Assembly (NCBI GenBank): GCA_039801565.1
Contig: JBDRUX010000001.1
Location: 62,577-126,576, forward strand
Direction: 5' to 3'
Source: a candidate division WOR-3 bacterium
GTDB lineage: Bacteria; Hydrothermota; Tepidihabitantia; Tepidihabitantales; JAOUPE01
Length of the DNA: 64,000 bases
A program made the position numbers and the translations under genes. The notes beneath the pieces were generated by a model, which made no database searches, was not told the DNA's origin, and saw only the letters and a list, made by a program, of their open reading frames with translations. Below, one piece after another: positions 52,095 to 61,883 of this stretch (the stretch's first letter is position 1; each line of letters opens with the position of its first letter).

Positions 52095-52460
52095 ACCTAA
52101 AAATGACCGATTTTTTCGTCTATCGTGTTGGTCTTCCGTCGGTTACACCAATTTTCCCTTAGGGAGGGGGTACCGTATAGGGGGTGACCCCGTAGGCTAC
52201 CCCCTAAGCTATCCCGTAGGTTGCTTGGGGAGTTGCCTCGGGAGTTCCTTCTGGAGCTGGTTGGTAGGCAGGTTCGGGAGCGACTTCGTAAGCAACTTCC
52301 GAAGCAGGTTAGGAGGCTACTTGGGGAGCAACCAGGGGAGCTACCCCGTAGGCTGCCCAGTAGGCTACCTCGTAAGCAAGCCGGTAGGCTGGCATCTTTC
52401 CCAATTTCGAAATTCGAAATTCTTTAAGAAAACCCCGTAGGCTACCTCGTGGGCTGGGGT
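52095..52460 (+). repeat. Dispersed 12-nt-period repeat element, copy D
   Basis: Clearest array of ctaccccgtagg-like units; colinear with copy B. Confidence 0.8.
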
Positions 52461-52505
52461 TAGAAAAACAAATCCAACTAACAATTTCTAAATAACAGCT
52501 TTCGA

Positions 52506-55062
52506 TTACCTCGCGAGAATTATTTTTCTTGTTACTCCATAACCTTTTGTTTTAAATCTTAGAAAATAAATTCCCGAAGTCAGTGGATTATTATTGGAAT
52601 CGGTGCCATCCCAAATCAAGGAATATTCCCCTGGATTCTCAATATTCTCTTTCAGAACCTTAATCAATTTACCGCCAGTATCATAAACCTTAAGACTTAT
52701 CATCGCACGTCGAGCGATTTGGTATCTAATCACCGTCCGCTTGGAAAAAGGATTAGGTTGGCTAACTTCTAATTTCGGCTCAAGGGTAAAGTCAAATCTA
52801 CCTTCTTCTATACCCGACGGAAAATCTCGAATCACACCCATCTTACTCTTGCCACCGCTATTGACATATAATCGGTTCTCACTCGAATTCCAGGCAATTG
52901 GACGACAGGCATCTGGAATTTGAGGGAATTGAGCAATCTTTTGATTGGTCCGACAGTCAATTACTCCTATCAGGCTACCGCCATTGATTCCAACCGAACG
53001 AGAATAACACTCATAATAAAGTTTATTATTAAGCGGATTCCAAAATAAAATTGGCTTACCGGACAATGGCCAATGCAATGTATCTGGAATCGAGTCAATA
53101 AACCGATTGGTTTGACAATCTAATACCCAGATGCCACTTGGAAGGGAAGAATCTCTGGAGACGGAACAGTAGATTCGATCATCAATTGAATCATAGGCAA
53201 GGGCATAAATGCGGAAATTCGGGCGGTGGGAGATTTGGGCAATAATCGTATCAGTCCAACCATCAAGAACAGTAATACAAGGGGCGTAGGATTCTAGCCC
53301 GGCGATATAAACCCGATTGTCCTGATGCCGGAAGGCAATATCACCACCAATCGAATCTAAGACTTTAATCACCGTATCCCCAGCACCATCCACAATAAAG
53401 GTCTGTCTCGGAGCGTACGAACGAGTTAAGTAAACCTTGTTGGTCAATTGATTGATATAGGGACGAGTGGAAGATGTTGTGTTAATCTCACCAATTATCA
53501 CATCGGTTGAACAGTCAAAAATGTAGGTAGTAGCGTGAGGTGGACCTACTTTAAGCGACCCGTAGAGTTTATTGTTGTTTGGATTGTAGGCTAAATACAT
53601 ATCATCCGGTAATTGGGTAATGACGCGAATGACGCTATCAGTATTACCGTCAATTGCTACAAAATAACCACCACCGCAAGAGGCATAGATTTTATTCATC
53701 CTGGTAGCAACCTCTAAATCACCAACTCCAACGTAATAACAGGACAGATGAGGTCTGAGATCTATTATATCCCGATGGCGATTGGTAGCACCATCAATGA
53801 CAAATATCTCCGGCTCTTGCTGATTACTGCAATACAGCCGATTGGTCAGGGGGTTCCATAGAAAATCAATTACGGGAACGCTAAGTTTTATCATCTTCTT
53901 ATAGCGACCTAAATTATTTACCGAGACATCGAGAACTGCTAAATGACAAGGCTCGCAAGGGAAATATAATTTATTATAGATTGGATGGAGAAAAATTGAG
54001 TAAAGAATGACGGGATCGGGTGGATATATACCATAAGGAATCGTATCCACGACTTGATTGTTATTGCAGTCAATTATTACTAAACAATTCGAAAATCCGA
54101 TGACCTGGTTGGTTGAAGGATTACAAAGAATCTTCCCAAATCTCTTGCCGGTCTGGATTGTATCAACGGTTCGCCGATTCAAATCTACACCGTAGATAAC
54201 ATTACTGCCACCATAAAGTTTATTTGTAATTGGATTAAAATCCCAGAAGCATGGATACCCTAAACCAACCGGTGAGGGAATGGTATCAGTAATTTGATTG
54301 TTAGCACAATCAAGAATGAATATGTTCCATTCATTTTTACGTGGGTATTCGCCAAGAAAGATAATTTTATTACGAACTCGGTCAAGGAATAAGGGTAAAA
54401 TATTAGTTTTGAAAGGGTCGGTTATAATGGTGTCGATAATCTGATTGGTATTACAATCAAAGGCAAGTATCATTCTTTTCTCCATAAATAAATAAAGCAG
54501 GTCGTTGTTAGGATTCCAAATTGCTTGATTGCAAAAAGTGCCTATTCTTACCTCATCAATTAACTGATTAGACCAACCATCAATGATTAGTAAAGTACCT
54601 TCAAGCTTTAAGAAATATGCCCTGTTATTTATTGAATTAAAAAGAGGCGAAAAAAACTTATCTCTACTTTGAACTGGGATTTCACTAATCACTCGGTTAG
54701 ATGCACAATCAAAGGCAACAATCGAGTAAAAGAATGTATTGAATACCACCGAATCAAGATAAAGTCCATAGATACAATTAGTTATTGTGTTATAGCATAG
54801 AGAATAATAATCCTCAAGAACGGAGTTTTTTACAAAGGGGTTGCCAATCTTCTCATCGGTTCGGCAATCAATTATTACTCCATTTGCATCCCTGCTAAAA
54901 AGGTAAAGCCGGTCGTCCAATGAATCCCAAATCATATATGCATTACCCCAAGGATTAAAGCCGCCAAAGCTATCTGGTAGATAAATAAATTGTTCAAACC
55001 ATTGCCCGTTTAAATGGATAAACCCCAAAAGGACCGAGATTAAAAAATCTAAAGAATTTCAT
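52506..55062 (-). CDS. YncE/YVTN-like beta-propeller protein with T9SS/FlgD-Ig CTD; signal peptide out of frame by 1 nt
   Basis: WNPxxNKLY...IDCxTN repeats; PNPF...WDGTD...SGIYF. ATG at 55062 gives MKFFRFLISVLLGFIHLNG/QW if the T6 run is T5. Confidence 0.8.
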
Positions 55063-55314
55063 TGTTCACTCTTTTCTTCAATACGATTCTCTGGAGGTTC
55101 GCCATACCAAATGCCATGTACGGCAAATAAATAAACTGGTATTAGACAAGGGATAAGTAAGTAATCTCATCTCTATCTCCTTTCCGGCATCTTTTAATAC
55201 CCGGCATCGGAGATATATAATTATTAATAAAAATTTGAAATTTGTCAAGCAGTTTTCGTTTTCGTCAGTGTAGGATTTTGGCTATCTTGAACTATAATAG
55301 CCGTTCCGAGCTAA

Positions 55315-55390
55315 TCGGGGAGGAAACCTTGTTAGAAGCAAATTGGGCTGTTAGTTAGGGGTTGGTAGGCTACCTCGTAAGCTACTCCCT
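55315..55390 (+). repeat. Partial copy E of the 12-nt-period repeat
   Basis: taggctacctcgtaagc identical to a segment of copy D. Confidence 0.45.
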
Positions 55391-55477
55391 CTCCTGCCTC
55401 ATATTCTCCCTACCATCAGTGATTTTGGTGGTGGGTTAAAGAATGGTTCAAACTTGTTCAATCGTTTAAGTCGTTTA

Positions 55478-56926
55478 CTAATTTACAACCAGAAACTTTT
55501 TGGTCTCGGTGCCGAATCTTAAGAAGTAGATTCCGGGCTTTATTCCCTTCAAGGATATTTTTAGTTCATTGCCATTATGAGCCAAAGGCGTGGCAATCGC
55601 TTTTATCAGTTTTCCGGAAACATCAAAGATTTTTATCGCTTGGCAATCAGCGGACAGCGGTAGGCGGATAGCGAGAACGGACTTTGCCGGATTCGGATAA
55701 ATCTCAAACGGTAAGCGGTCACCCTGAACTTGTTTCAGGGGCGTTGTGCGGTCTTCTTCAATTCCAGTCACATCCCGAATCACCGAGATAGAAGAACTCG
55801 CATAATTGGCGACATAGACCCGATTCTGAATTGAATTCCAACAAAAAGCCCGGGGACTCTTGCCCACTCTTATGGTTGTAATGACGGAGTCATTTGCCCC
55901 ATCAATCACTGTAACACTATGACCATAAAGATTAGCGCAATAGACTTTGTTGTTGAAAGAATTCCAAACTAAAGCACAGGGATAATCACCCACTGGTATG
56001 GTTGTGATGACGGAATTATTTGCACCATCAATCACTGTAACATTATCGGAATAATTATTAGCAGAATAGACCTTGTTGTTCAAAGAATTCCAAACTAAGG
56101 TACTAAGACCATTGCCTGCCCTTATTCTTGTGATGACTGAGTTATTTACCCCATCAATCACTATAACATCCCCGCTGCCGCGATTACCACAGTAGACTTT
56201 GTTGTTCAAAGAATTCCAAACTAAAGCACAAGGATCATAGTACACTCCTATAGTGGTGATGACGGAGTCGATTGACCCATCAATTACTGTAACACTATTG
56301 GAATAATTATTAGCGCAATAGACTTTGTTGTTAGTTGAATTCCAAACCAAAGCACAAGAACCATAGCCCACTGGTATGGTGGTGATGACGGAATCATTTG
56401 CCCCATCAATCACTGTAACACTATGACCATAAAGATTAGCGCAATAGACCTTGTTGTTGAAAGAATTCCAAACCAAAGCATAAGGGCTCTCGCCCACTGG
56501 TATAGTTGTGATGACGGAGTTATCCACTCCATCAATCACTGTAACAGTATTGCTATACCGATTAGCGCAGTAGACCTTGTTATTGGTTGCATTCCAACAG
56601 AGAGCAGAAGTATAAGAGCCAACTGGAATCTTAGCAATCTTCTGATTAGTTGCACCATCAATCACAATCACACAATCACCTTCCTCACCGCCAACATAGA
56701 TTTTATTATTGGTCGCGTTATAAGTAAAGGCACGAGGGCAAATTATGCCAGAAAGCGAATCAGGGACATAAATTGTTGTCTCCAGCCATTGGCTGAATAA
56801 GGGAGAAGGAAGCAGGGAGGAGAAAGCAATAAGAAGGACAAAGAATGAGAGACGAGGGATGATAGATGAATCACCATTTTTGCCAATAACCGACTCCGGT
56901 TTATGGATAACCGTTAAAAGTTTCAT
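55478..56926 (-). CDS. YncE/YVTN beta-propeller repeat protein with T9SS CTD
   Basis: 42-aa repeats ALVWNSxNNKVYCANxxxxSVTVIDGxxxSVITTIPVG; YPNP...GIYF. Confidence 0.9.
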   Translation of the reverse strand: MKLLTVIHKPESVIGKNGDSSIIPRLSFFVLLIAFSSLLPSPLFSQWLETTIYVPDSLSGIICPRAFTYNATNNKIYVGGEEGDCVIVIDGATNQKIAKIPVGSYTSALCWNATNNKVYCANRYSNTVTVIDGVDNSVITTIPVGESPYALVWNSFNNKVYCANLYGHSVTVIDGANDSVITTIPVGYGSCALVWNSTNNKVYCANNYSNSVTVIDGSIDSVITTIGVYYDPCALVWNSLNNKVYCGNRGSGDVIVIDGVNNSVITRIRAGNGLSTLVWNSLNNKVYSANNYSDNVTVIDGANNSVITTIPVGDYPCALVWNSFNNKVYCANLYGHSVTVIDGANDSVITTIRVGKSPRAFCWNSIQNRVYVANYASSSISVIRDVTGIEEDRTTPLKQVQGDRLPFEIYPNPAKSVLAIRLPLSADCQAIKIFDVSGKLIKAIATPLAHNGNELKISLKGIKPGIYFLRFGTETKKFLVVN

Positions 56927-56975
56927 CTAATCCCCCTTTCCGCTAAAGCGGAATTTGCCTGGATTGTTTTTTTCG

Positions 56976-57250
56976 GGTCTTGTCCTGATATTCGTGGAAA
57001 TTCTTAATTTTACCATTTTTAATACTATAATCATTTAAGCCACCTCGTCAATAGTTTTATTGACTACCTGAGGCATATCACGCCACCCCAAGAGCCGCCG
57101 CAGCCAGATTTGACCCGAAGCAAAAAGACCAAAGAGAATTATTAATACCGCAGGCTCGGAAGGTAAAGAAGCTTGGGTCTTTATTCGACGCCGAAACTCC
57201 CCGTAAAGCCGCTCAATGATATTGGTACTGCGAAGACTTTTCCATAAATG
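56976..57250 (-). mobile_element. IS256-family 3' remnant with terminal IR
   Basis: WKSLRSTNIIERLYGEFRRRIKTQASLPS...EVA*; end sequence ttccacgaatatcaggacaagacc. Confidence 0.8.
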
Positions 57251-57323
57251 AATAAATATTAGTAATTTCTGCTTAGAGGTTCTTTAAGGACGGGTCTTTA
57301 TGATTTAATTGGTAATATTTTAA

Positions 57324-57986
57324 TTAAGCAATTAGAACCGCAATGATTCCAACCAGATAGATTCCATCAAATACCCCAGCCCCACCGATTGACATTACAC
57401 CGTGACCAACTTTGGTAAGTTTGGATAGATTGAGTAAATCCGCACCAATCAAAACACCCAAGACGCCAGAAATATAGGCTACTGCCGGTGCGTTTTCCCG
57501 GGCTAAAATTAAAGCCAAGATCGCTGAAAGGATTGGCGGTATGAATGCCGGCATTGCAATACCAATCCCAGGAACCGGTCGGCTTAAGATTTTAGATACA
57601 ACAGTCATTATTATCGTGCCAATCAGAACCGCAAAGAACGGCGCTCGAAATAAAAGATAGAGCGATAATAAGACTGGTAGAATACAGCCACCCAAATTCA
57701 CTGCGATTACCTGTTTTTCTAATATCTTGGGTTTTATCCCAAACCAAAATTGATAAAATTCCGGAATCGGTATCTCAGTTGGCACACTGTAACTCTTCTC
57801 GTGGATTGGTATATTAATGGCACTGCCAATAAGTGAAAATAAAAAGAACATAAATCCAGTGGTTGGTGTCATTCCCAATTTCTGAAAGGCAATGCTAATA
57901 ACACCAATCTGGAATAACACAAAAAGGGCAGGGAGTAAGAGAATGAGAAGGATAAAAATTAAGAAAGAGAAAGGTAAGAAAAACAT
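57324..57986 (-). CDS. DUF1614-type membrane protein
   Basis: GSAINIP, IAVNLGGCILP, GVLIGADLLNL, SIGGAGVFDGI; TGATG coupling to the upstream gene. Confidence 0.85.
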   Translation of the reverse strand: MFFLPFSFLIFILLILLLPALFVLFQIGVISIAFQKLGMTPTTGFMFFLFSLIGSAINIPIHEKSYSVPTEIPIPEFYQFWFGIKPKILEKQVIAVNLGGCILPVLLSLYLLFRAPFFAVLIGTIIMTVVSKILSRPVPGIGIAMPAFIPPILSAILALILARENAPAVAYISGVLGVLIGADLLNLSKLTKVGHGVMSIGGAGVFDGIYLVGIIAVLIA

Positions 57987-58609
57987 CAGTGAATTATTCC
58001 TAACCAATCGCGCAACAAAAATTGGATTCGGCCAATGAAGAGGGAAATCCGTGCCATCACCGAATAACCGAATGAAGCCCCAAACCCAAGCATAATAAAG
58101 ACAATACCAATATAAGAAAGTGGTTTTAGTATTCCTTTCCGTTCCCGTGAAAAGAAGAAATAAGAGACAGTTGCCACAACCCCAAGTAGGATTAATATTG
58201 CCCAGATTCCTTGTTGCCAGTTAATGAATGAAGCACGGGTGACAACCGTTGCTCTGGTCTGTTCAATGATTCCGGCATCAATGCCCCGAGGAATATAGGC
58301 GCCTGACGAGTAACCCATAACGAGCGCTATCGGAATTCGGACCAGCCAAGAAATTCTTGGGATAAACCGGGTGAAATAGAGGGCACCGATGAAAGCAACT
58401 CCTATTAGCCACAGTTTTTGACCGTGTGACACCGGATTGATTAAAGCCGGCACTAAGATTCGATGCCACATAAAGGTGATACTGTAGCCATTAGCAACGC
58501 CGACGAAAAGATGTTCGCCAAAACGATAAAATGGATTCTCTTTATATAAAAAGGAGAATATTGCTAAGGTTAAAATCGCACTAATCCAAATCCAAGGTTC
58601 ACCACTCAT
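57986..58609 (-). CDS. Conserved hypothetical membrane protein
   Basis: SFLYKENPFYRFGEHLFVG; multiple TMs; coupled to neighbours. Confidence 0.8.
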   Translation of the reverse strand: MSGEPWIWISAILTLAIFSFLYKENPFYRFGEHLFVGVANGYSITFMWHRILVPALINPVSHGQKLWLIGVAFIGALYFTRFIPRISWLVRIPIALVMGYSSGAYIPRGIDAGIIEQTRATVVTRASFINWQQGIWAILILLGVVATVSYFFFSRERKGILKPLSYIGIVFIMLGFGASFGYSVMARISLFIGRIQFLLRDWLGIIH

Positions 58610-59472
58610 TTTTTTCTCCTTCTTAAGACAAAGAAACCAATATTACCAATGATAATGAAAGCTATTATAGTAAAATGGGCTGAAGTTTGGGCTGCCATTG
58701 CTTCAGTCGCCCGACGCCGGCCGGTTATCCCAAGTCTGGTTTGCACTAATTCTTCATATTCCGCACCACCTTTCATACCGGAAAGTAATCCAGTGGCTTG
58801 ACCGGAATTGAGATAAGGATACATATCCGCGGCCTGCACTGCAGTTGAGGCGATACCAACTTTAACGCCAAATGAGGTTTGGGCGTAAGTGATATACCAG
58901 AGCGGTGTTGCCGAAGCCGAGACCGAGACTATAATCCCAACATTATTGTAGTTCTTGATTTTTTGCATCATTGGTAAGGTTTCAGTTTTATTACCATAAT
59001 AATCAACCGAAAAGACCTTACTGATTCTTTCGCCCATTCCTAAGATTACTGTGAGCGCTGGTGTCTGCCAACCCCAGAATACATAATCTCGACCATAAAT
59101 TATACTGTCGGCTTGGGTAGTTGCCCGGCGGTTAAATTCATTGGCGACCTGAGTCAAGGCATTTTCGGCTAAACCTAAACCCAATACTCCTAAGCACAAA
59201 ACCCCGACTTTAACTCTTCGGGCAAAGGCATGGCGGAGTAAGGCAATTGTCATTGGTTGGAGTTCTGGTTCTGTATCCGGGGTATAGTCAACCGAAATGA
59301 CTAATGCCTTATCTTGTGGGATTGAGTCAATATGATTATAAAGGTTTTCCACTGGTGGCATCGCCCTCGGATGAATCAGAAATGGCCGCAGAAAGGGGAT
59401 AATGACAACTAAGGCTAAAATAAGATAGATTATTCTGCGGTCAATCTTCATCAGTTTTTCAAAGAATTTCAT
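58606..59472 (-). CDS. Conserved hypothetical membrane-anchored protein
   Basis: DRRIIYL, YGRDYV, GLLSGMKGGAEYE; ATGA overlap. Confidence 0.8.
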   Translation of the reverse strand: MKFFEKLMKIDRRIIYLILALVVIIPFLRPFLIHPRAMPPVENLYNHIDSIPQDKALVISVDYTPDTEPELQPMTIALLRHAFARRVKVGVLCLGVLGLGLAENALTQVANEFNRRATTQADSIIYGRDYVFWGWQTPALTVILGMGERISKVFSVDYYGNKTETLPMMQKIKNYNNVGIIVSVSASATPLWYITYAQTSFGVKVGIASTAVQAADMYPYLNSGQATGLLSGMKGGAEYEELVQTRLGITGRRRATEAMAAQTSAHFTIIAFIIIGNIGFFVLRRRKK

Positions 59473-60146
59473 TGGGTTCCTCCTAACCAACCGCGTTCAA
59501 TGCCTAAGATTATCTTGAGCGAAGTCGCCATTGAACCCAAGGCGATACCAAATCCCAAACCACGTTTGGCTGCAGTATTGGGCACGGTCAAAATCCATTC
59601 GGAAAAAAACGAAAGTTTTGGAAATACCCTTGAGACCAATGGAACAGCCGCCAGCATCACAACAAAAGCCGAGAAGAGAAGGATGGTTGCCTCGATATTC
59701 CGAGCGCGGAATGCCCGATAAGCCGCCGAAGTCATAAAGAAGGCAAGCAATGAAAACATCGTTGCACCAAGTGGAACCATTATGTTAGTGTAAAGAGTTT
59801 GAATATCGAAATGGAAGGTATACTTGGTAAAAGGCACCAGAAATCGGGTTGGCAGTATGCCATTCGCCTCAATACCGCCAAAAAGTCCAATGATAGCAGT
59901 TATCACCAACGATATTAATGTCACATAACTATATTGCCAGTTCTCTCTTTTTCTTCGAATTTTTTCATAATGGTGCCGGATGATACTGCCAACACCTAAG
60001 ACTAATGAGAAGGCAACAATGATTCGCAAAACCGAATTACGAAACTCATTGTCAGCATCTTGGATTATTCGGTGCGGTACCAAAAAGGGAATAGCACCAA
60101 GCACACCGAAGATGAAGACGATTGCTAAGGGTATTCTTCTTTTCAT
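59469..60146 (-). CDS. Conserved hypothetical membrane protein
   Basis: ATMFSLLAFFMTSAAYRAFRARN, RGLGFG, ILGIER; SD AAGGAGG. Confidence 0.8.
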   Translation of the reverse strand: MKRRIPLAIVFIFGVLGAIPFLVPHRIIQDADNEFRNSVLRIIVAFSLVLGVGSIIRHHYEKIRRKRENWQYSYVTLISLVITAIIGLFGGIEANGILPTRFLVPFTKYTFHFDIQTLYTNIMVPLGATMFSLLAFFMTSAAYRAFRARNIEATILLFSAFVVMLAAVPLVSRVFPKLSFFSEWILTVPNTAAKRGLGFGIALGSMATSLKIILGIERGWLGGTQ

Positions 60147-60220
60147 TGACACTCCTCCTTTTTATTTAGAGATAAGCTTAGACTTGATGTTAATCAATAA
60201 TTTTTCTTTCACCTTTGATT

Positions 60221-61312
60221 TCAGAATAAATTTAAGACCGGTAGATTTAATAGTAAGGCGACCAATGTGGCGAAAAGTAGGACTCCAACAATTATCGCCT
60301 TGCCGAAATCCTGTCCTTTTAATGCACCTAAGAGCAATGGTTCACGCGAAAGATAAGCTGACGCTGCATACAATTCTTCACCAATCAAAGTATAATCACA
60401 GGCAGTAATGAAAAAAGGTAATTGCATCACGGCATCAGTGCCAGCAATCTGAATGGCACCAGTTGCAGCACCGGTCTCAGCCATAATCAAGGATTCTGCC
60501 CAGAAATAGCCCATAAAGAAATTGGTAGCTGGGTTTTCTCGAGTCATTATACCATCCACTGCTGCCGCAAATGCAAATTGACTGTCCGTGACAAAATAGA
60601 CACTATCCGGATTGAAGGCATCAGGTCGGCCAACTTGGGTATAGGCTTCTTTTACCACTTCGCGGGCAACTGTATAAACGATAGGGTCGCGGTTCGGAAC
60701 AATCAGTTTTGTCTCATACTGAGCAGTCTTCTTCGCGACCTCGGCTAAAATATTAAGACCGGCGATGGTTGCAACATCATCCATACTAGAAAGACCGGGT
60801 ACATAAAGAATTGGTTTACCCATTTCCGTGGCTCGACCAACCGCTTCTTCAACCGCTGACAAACCGGCAATTCTCCGGACAAAAAGGTTTGCTCCCTTTT
60901 TGGCTTTTGTAATGAACCAGAGGATTAAAAAGATAAAGATTCCAGCAAAGACCAAAACATTGATTCGTTCGGTATTAAACCATTGGGCAGAACTTTGAGC
61001 AAAATTCGATGGTTCGGAGTAAGACCTAATCGTATCTTTGACAGCAGCGACTTGATATTGATAGCGCAACTTGTCTTCTGCCTCATCGTCAATATAACAA
61101 TTCCTGCTTCTACCGATGAAGCCAATTGATTTAGATTCTTTTTCTCCTTCGGTTAATCGCAAAATTTCGTAACCGTCAATGATTGAATCATCTGGTGATA
61201 GTTGCCAAGCTATTCGTATTACTCCACCAGCATCATTGGGATTATCCCAAGTCCGCACCGCACTCGGCGGTGCAATCGCTATCAAAAAAGTAACTATCAC
61301 TGATGTTATCAT
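60221..61312 (-). CDS. FN3-like + DUF6754-like membrane protein
   Basis: Signal peptide, DNPNDAGG..W, TM, VRRIAGLSAVEEAVGRATEMG, LIGEELYAASAYL. Confidence 0.8.
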   Translation of the reverse strand: MITSVIVTFLIAIAPPSAVRTWDNPNDAGGVIRIAWQLSPDDSIIDGYEILRLTEGEKESKSIGFIGRSRNCYIDDEAEDKLRYQYQVAAVKDTIRSYSEPSNFAQSSAQWFNTERINVLVFAGIFIFLILWFITKAKKGANLFVRRIAGLSAVEEAVGRATEMGKPILYVPGLSSMDDVATIAGLNILAEVAKKTAQYETKLIVPNRDPIVYTVAREVVKEAYTQVGRPDAFNPDSVYFVTDSQFAFAAAVDGIMTRENPATNFFMGYFWAESLIMAETGAATGAIQIAGTDAVMQLPFFITACDYTLIGEELYAASAYLSREPLLLGALKGQDFGKAIIVGVLLFATLVALLLNLPVLNLF

Positions 61313-61438
61313 AATTTTACCTTTGCGTTATAGTTTAAATATTTAAAGATACCGATTATCCCCCAAAAGTCAATAGTCAGGTCATTTGACTTTGCTTTTC
61401 CTATTGATAGAATTAGTTACAAACGAAAGGAGAAACTG

Positions 61439-61720
61439 ATGGATTGGAGAATATTCATTACGGTATTTGGCACCATTTTTTTAGCCGAACTTGGCGATAA
61501 AACCCAACTTGCGATATTCTCTTTCGCTTGTACCAGTAAATATCCGCTAACGGTATTTTTGGGGGCGTCATTTGCCTTGCTTTTGACCAGTATGTTAGCC
61601 GTGTTGGTCGGCACCGGCTTACAGAGAGTCATTCCGGTCAAAATTCTTCACATTATTGCTGCTATTGCCTTCATCATAATCGGCATTATATTGTTGATTA
61701 AAACCTTAAGGACTAACTAA
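61439..61720 (+). CDS. TMEM165/GDT1 (UPF0016) family half-size transporter
   Basis: FLAELGDKTQL motif, 3 TMs. Confidence 0.9.
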   Translation: MDWRIFITVFGTIFLAELGDKTQLAIFSFACTSKYPLTVFLGASFALLLTSMLAVLVGTGLQRVIPVKILHIIAAIAFIIIGIILLIKTLRTN

Positions 61721-61883
61721 AAAGAAAAACAAGCAATTCGTTTTATTTTTATAATTAAAAAGTTCGCCGGTTCGAGACATTTTCCATTGACAAGTATCAA
61801 CTTTTAAATTACACTTTATATGCGTCCTTTCCAAAATAGAGAGTGTGACGCGATTTAGGCACAAGTAAACCAAGGAGGCTTAA

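Noticed and set aside
55860..56600. 126-bp near-identical repeats considered as a DGR template/variable pair
   Set aside because: They are in-frame propeller blades, and no reverse transcriptase is present in the window
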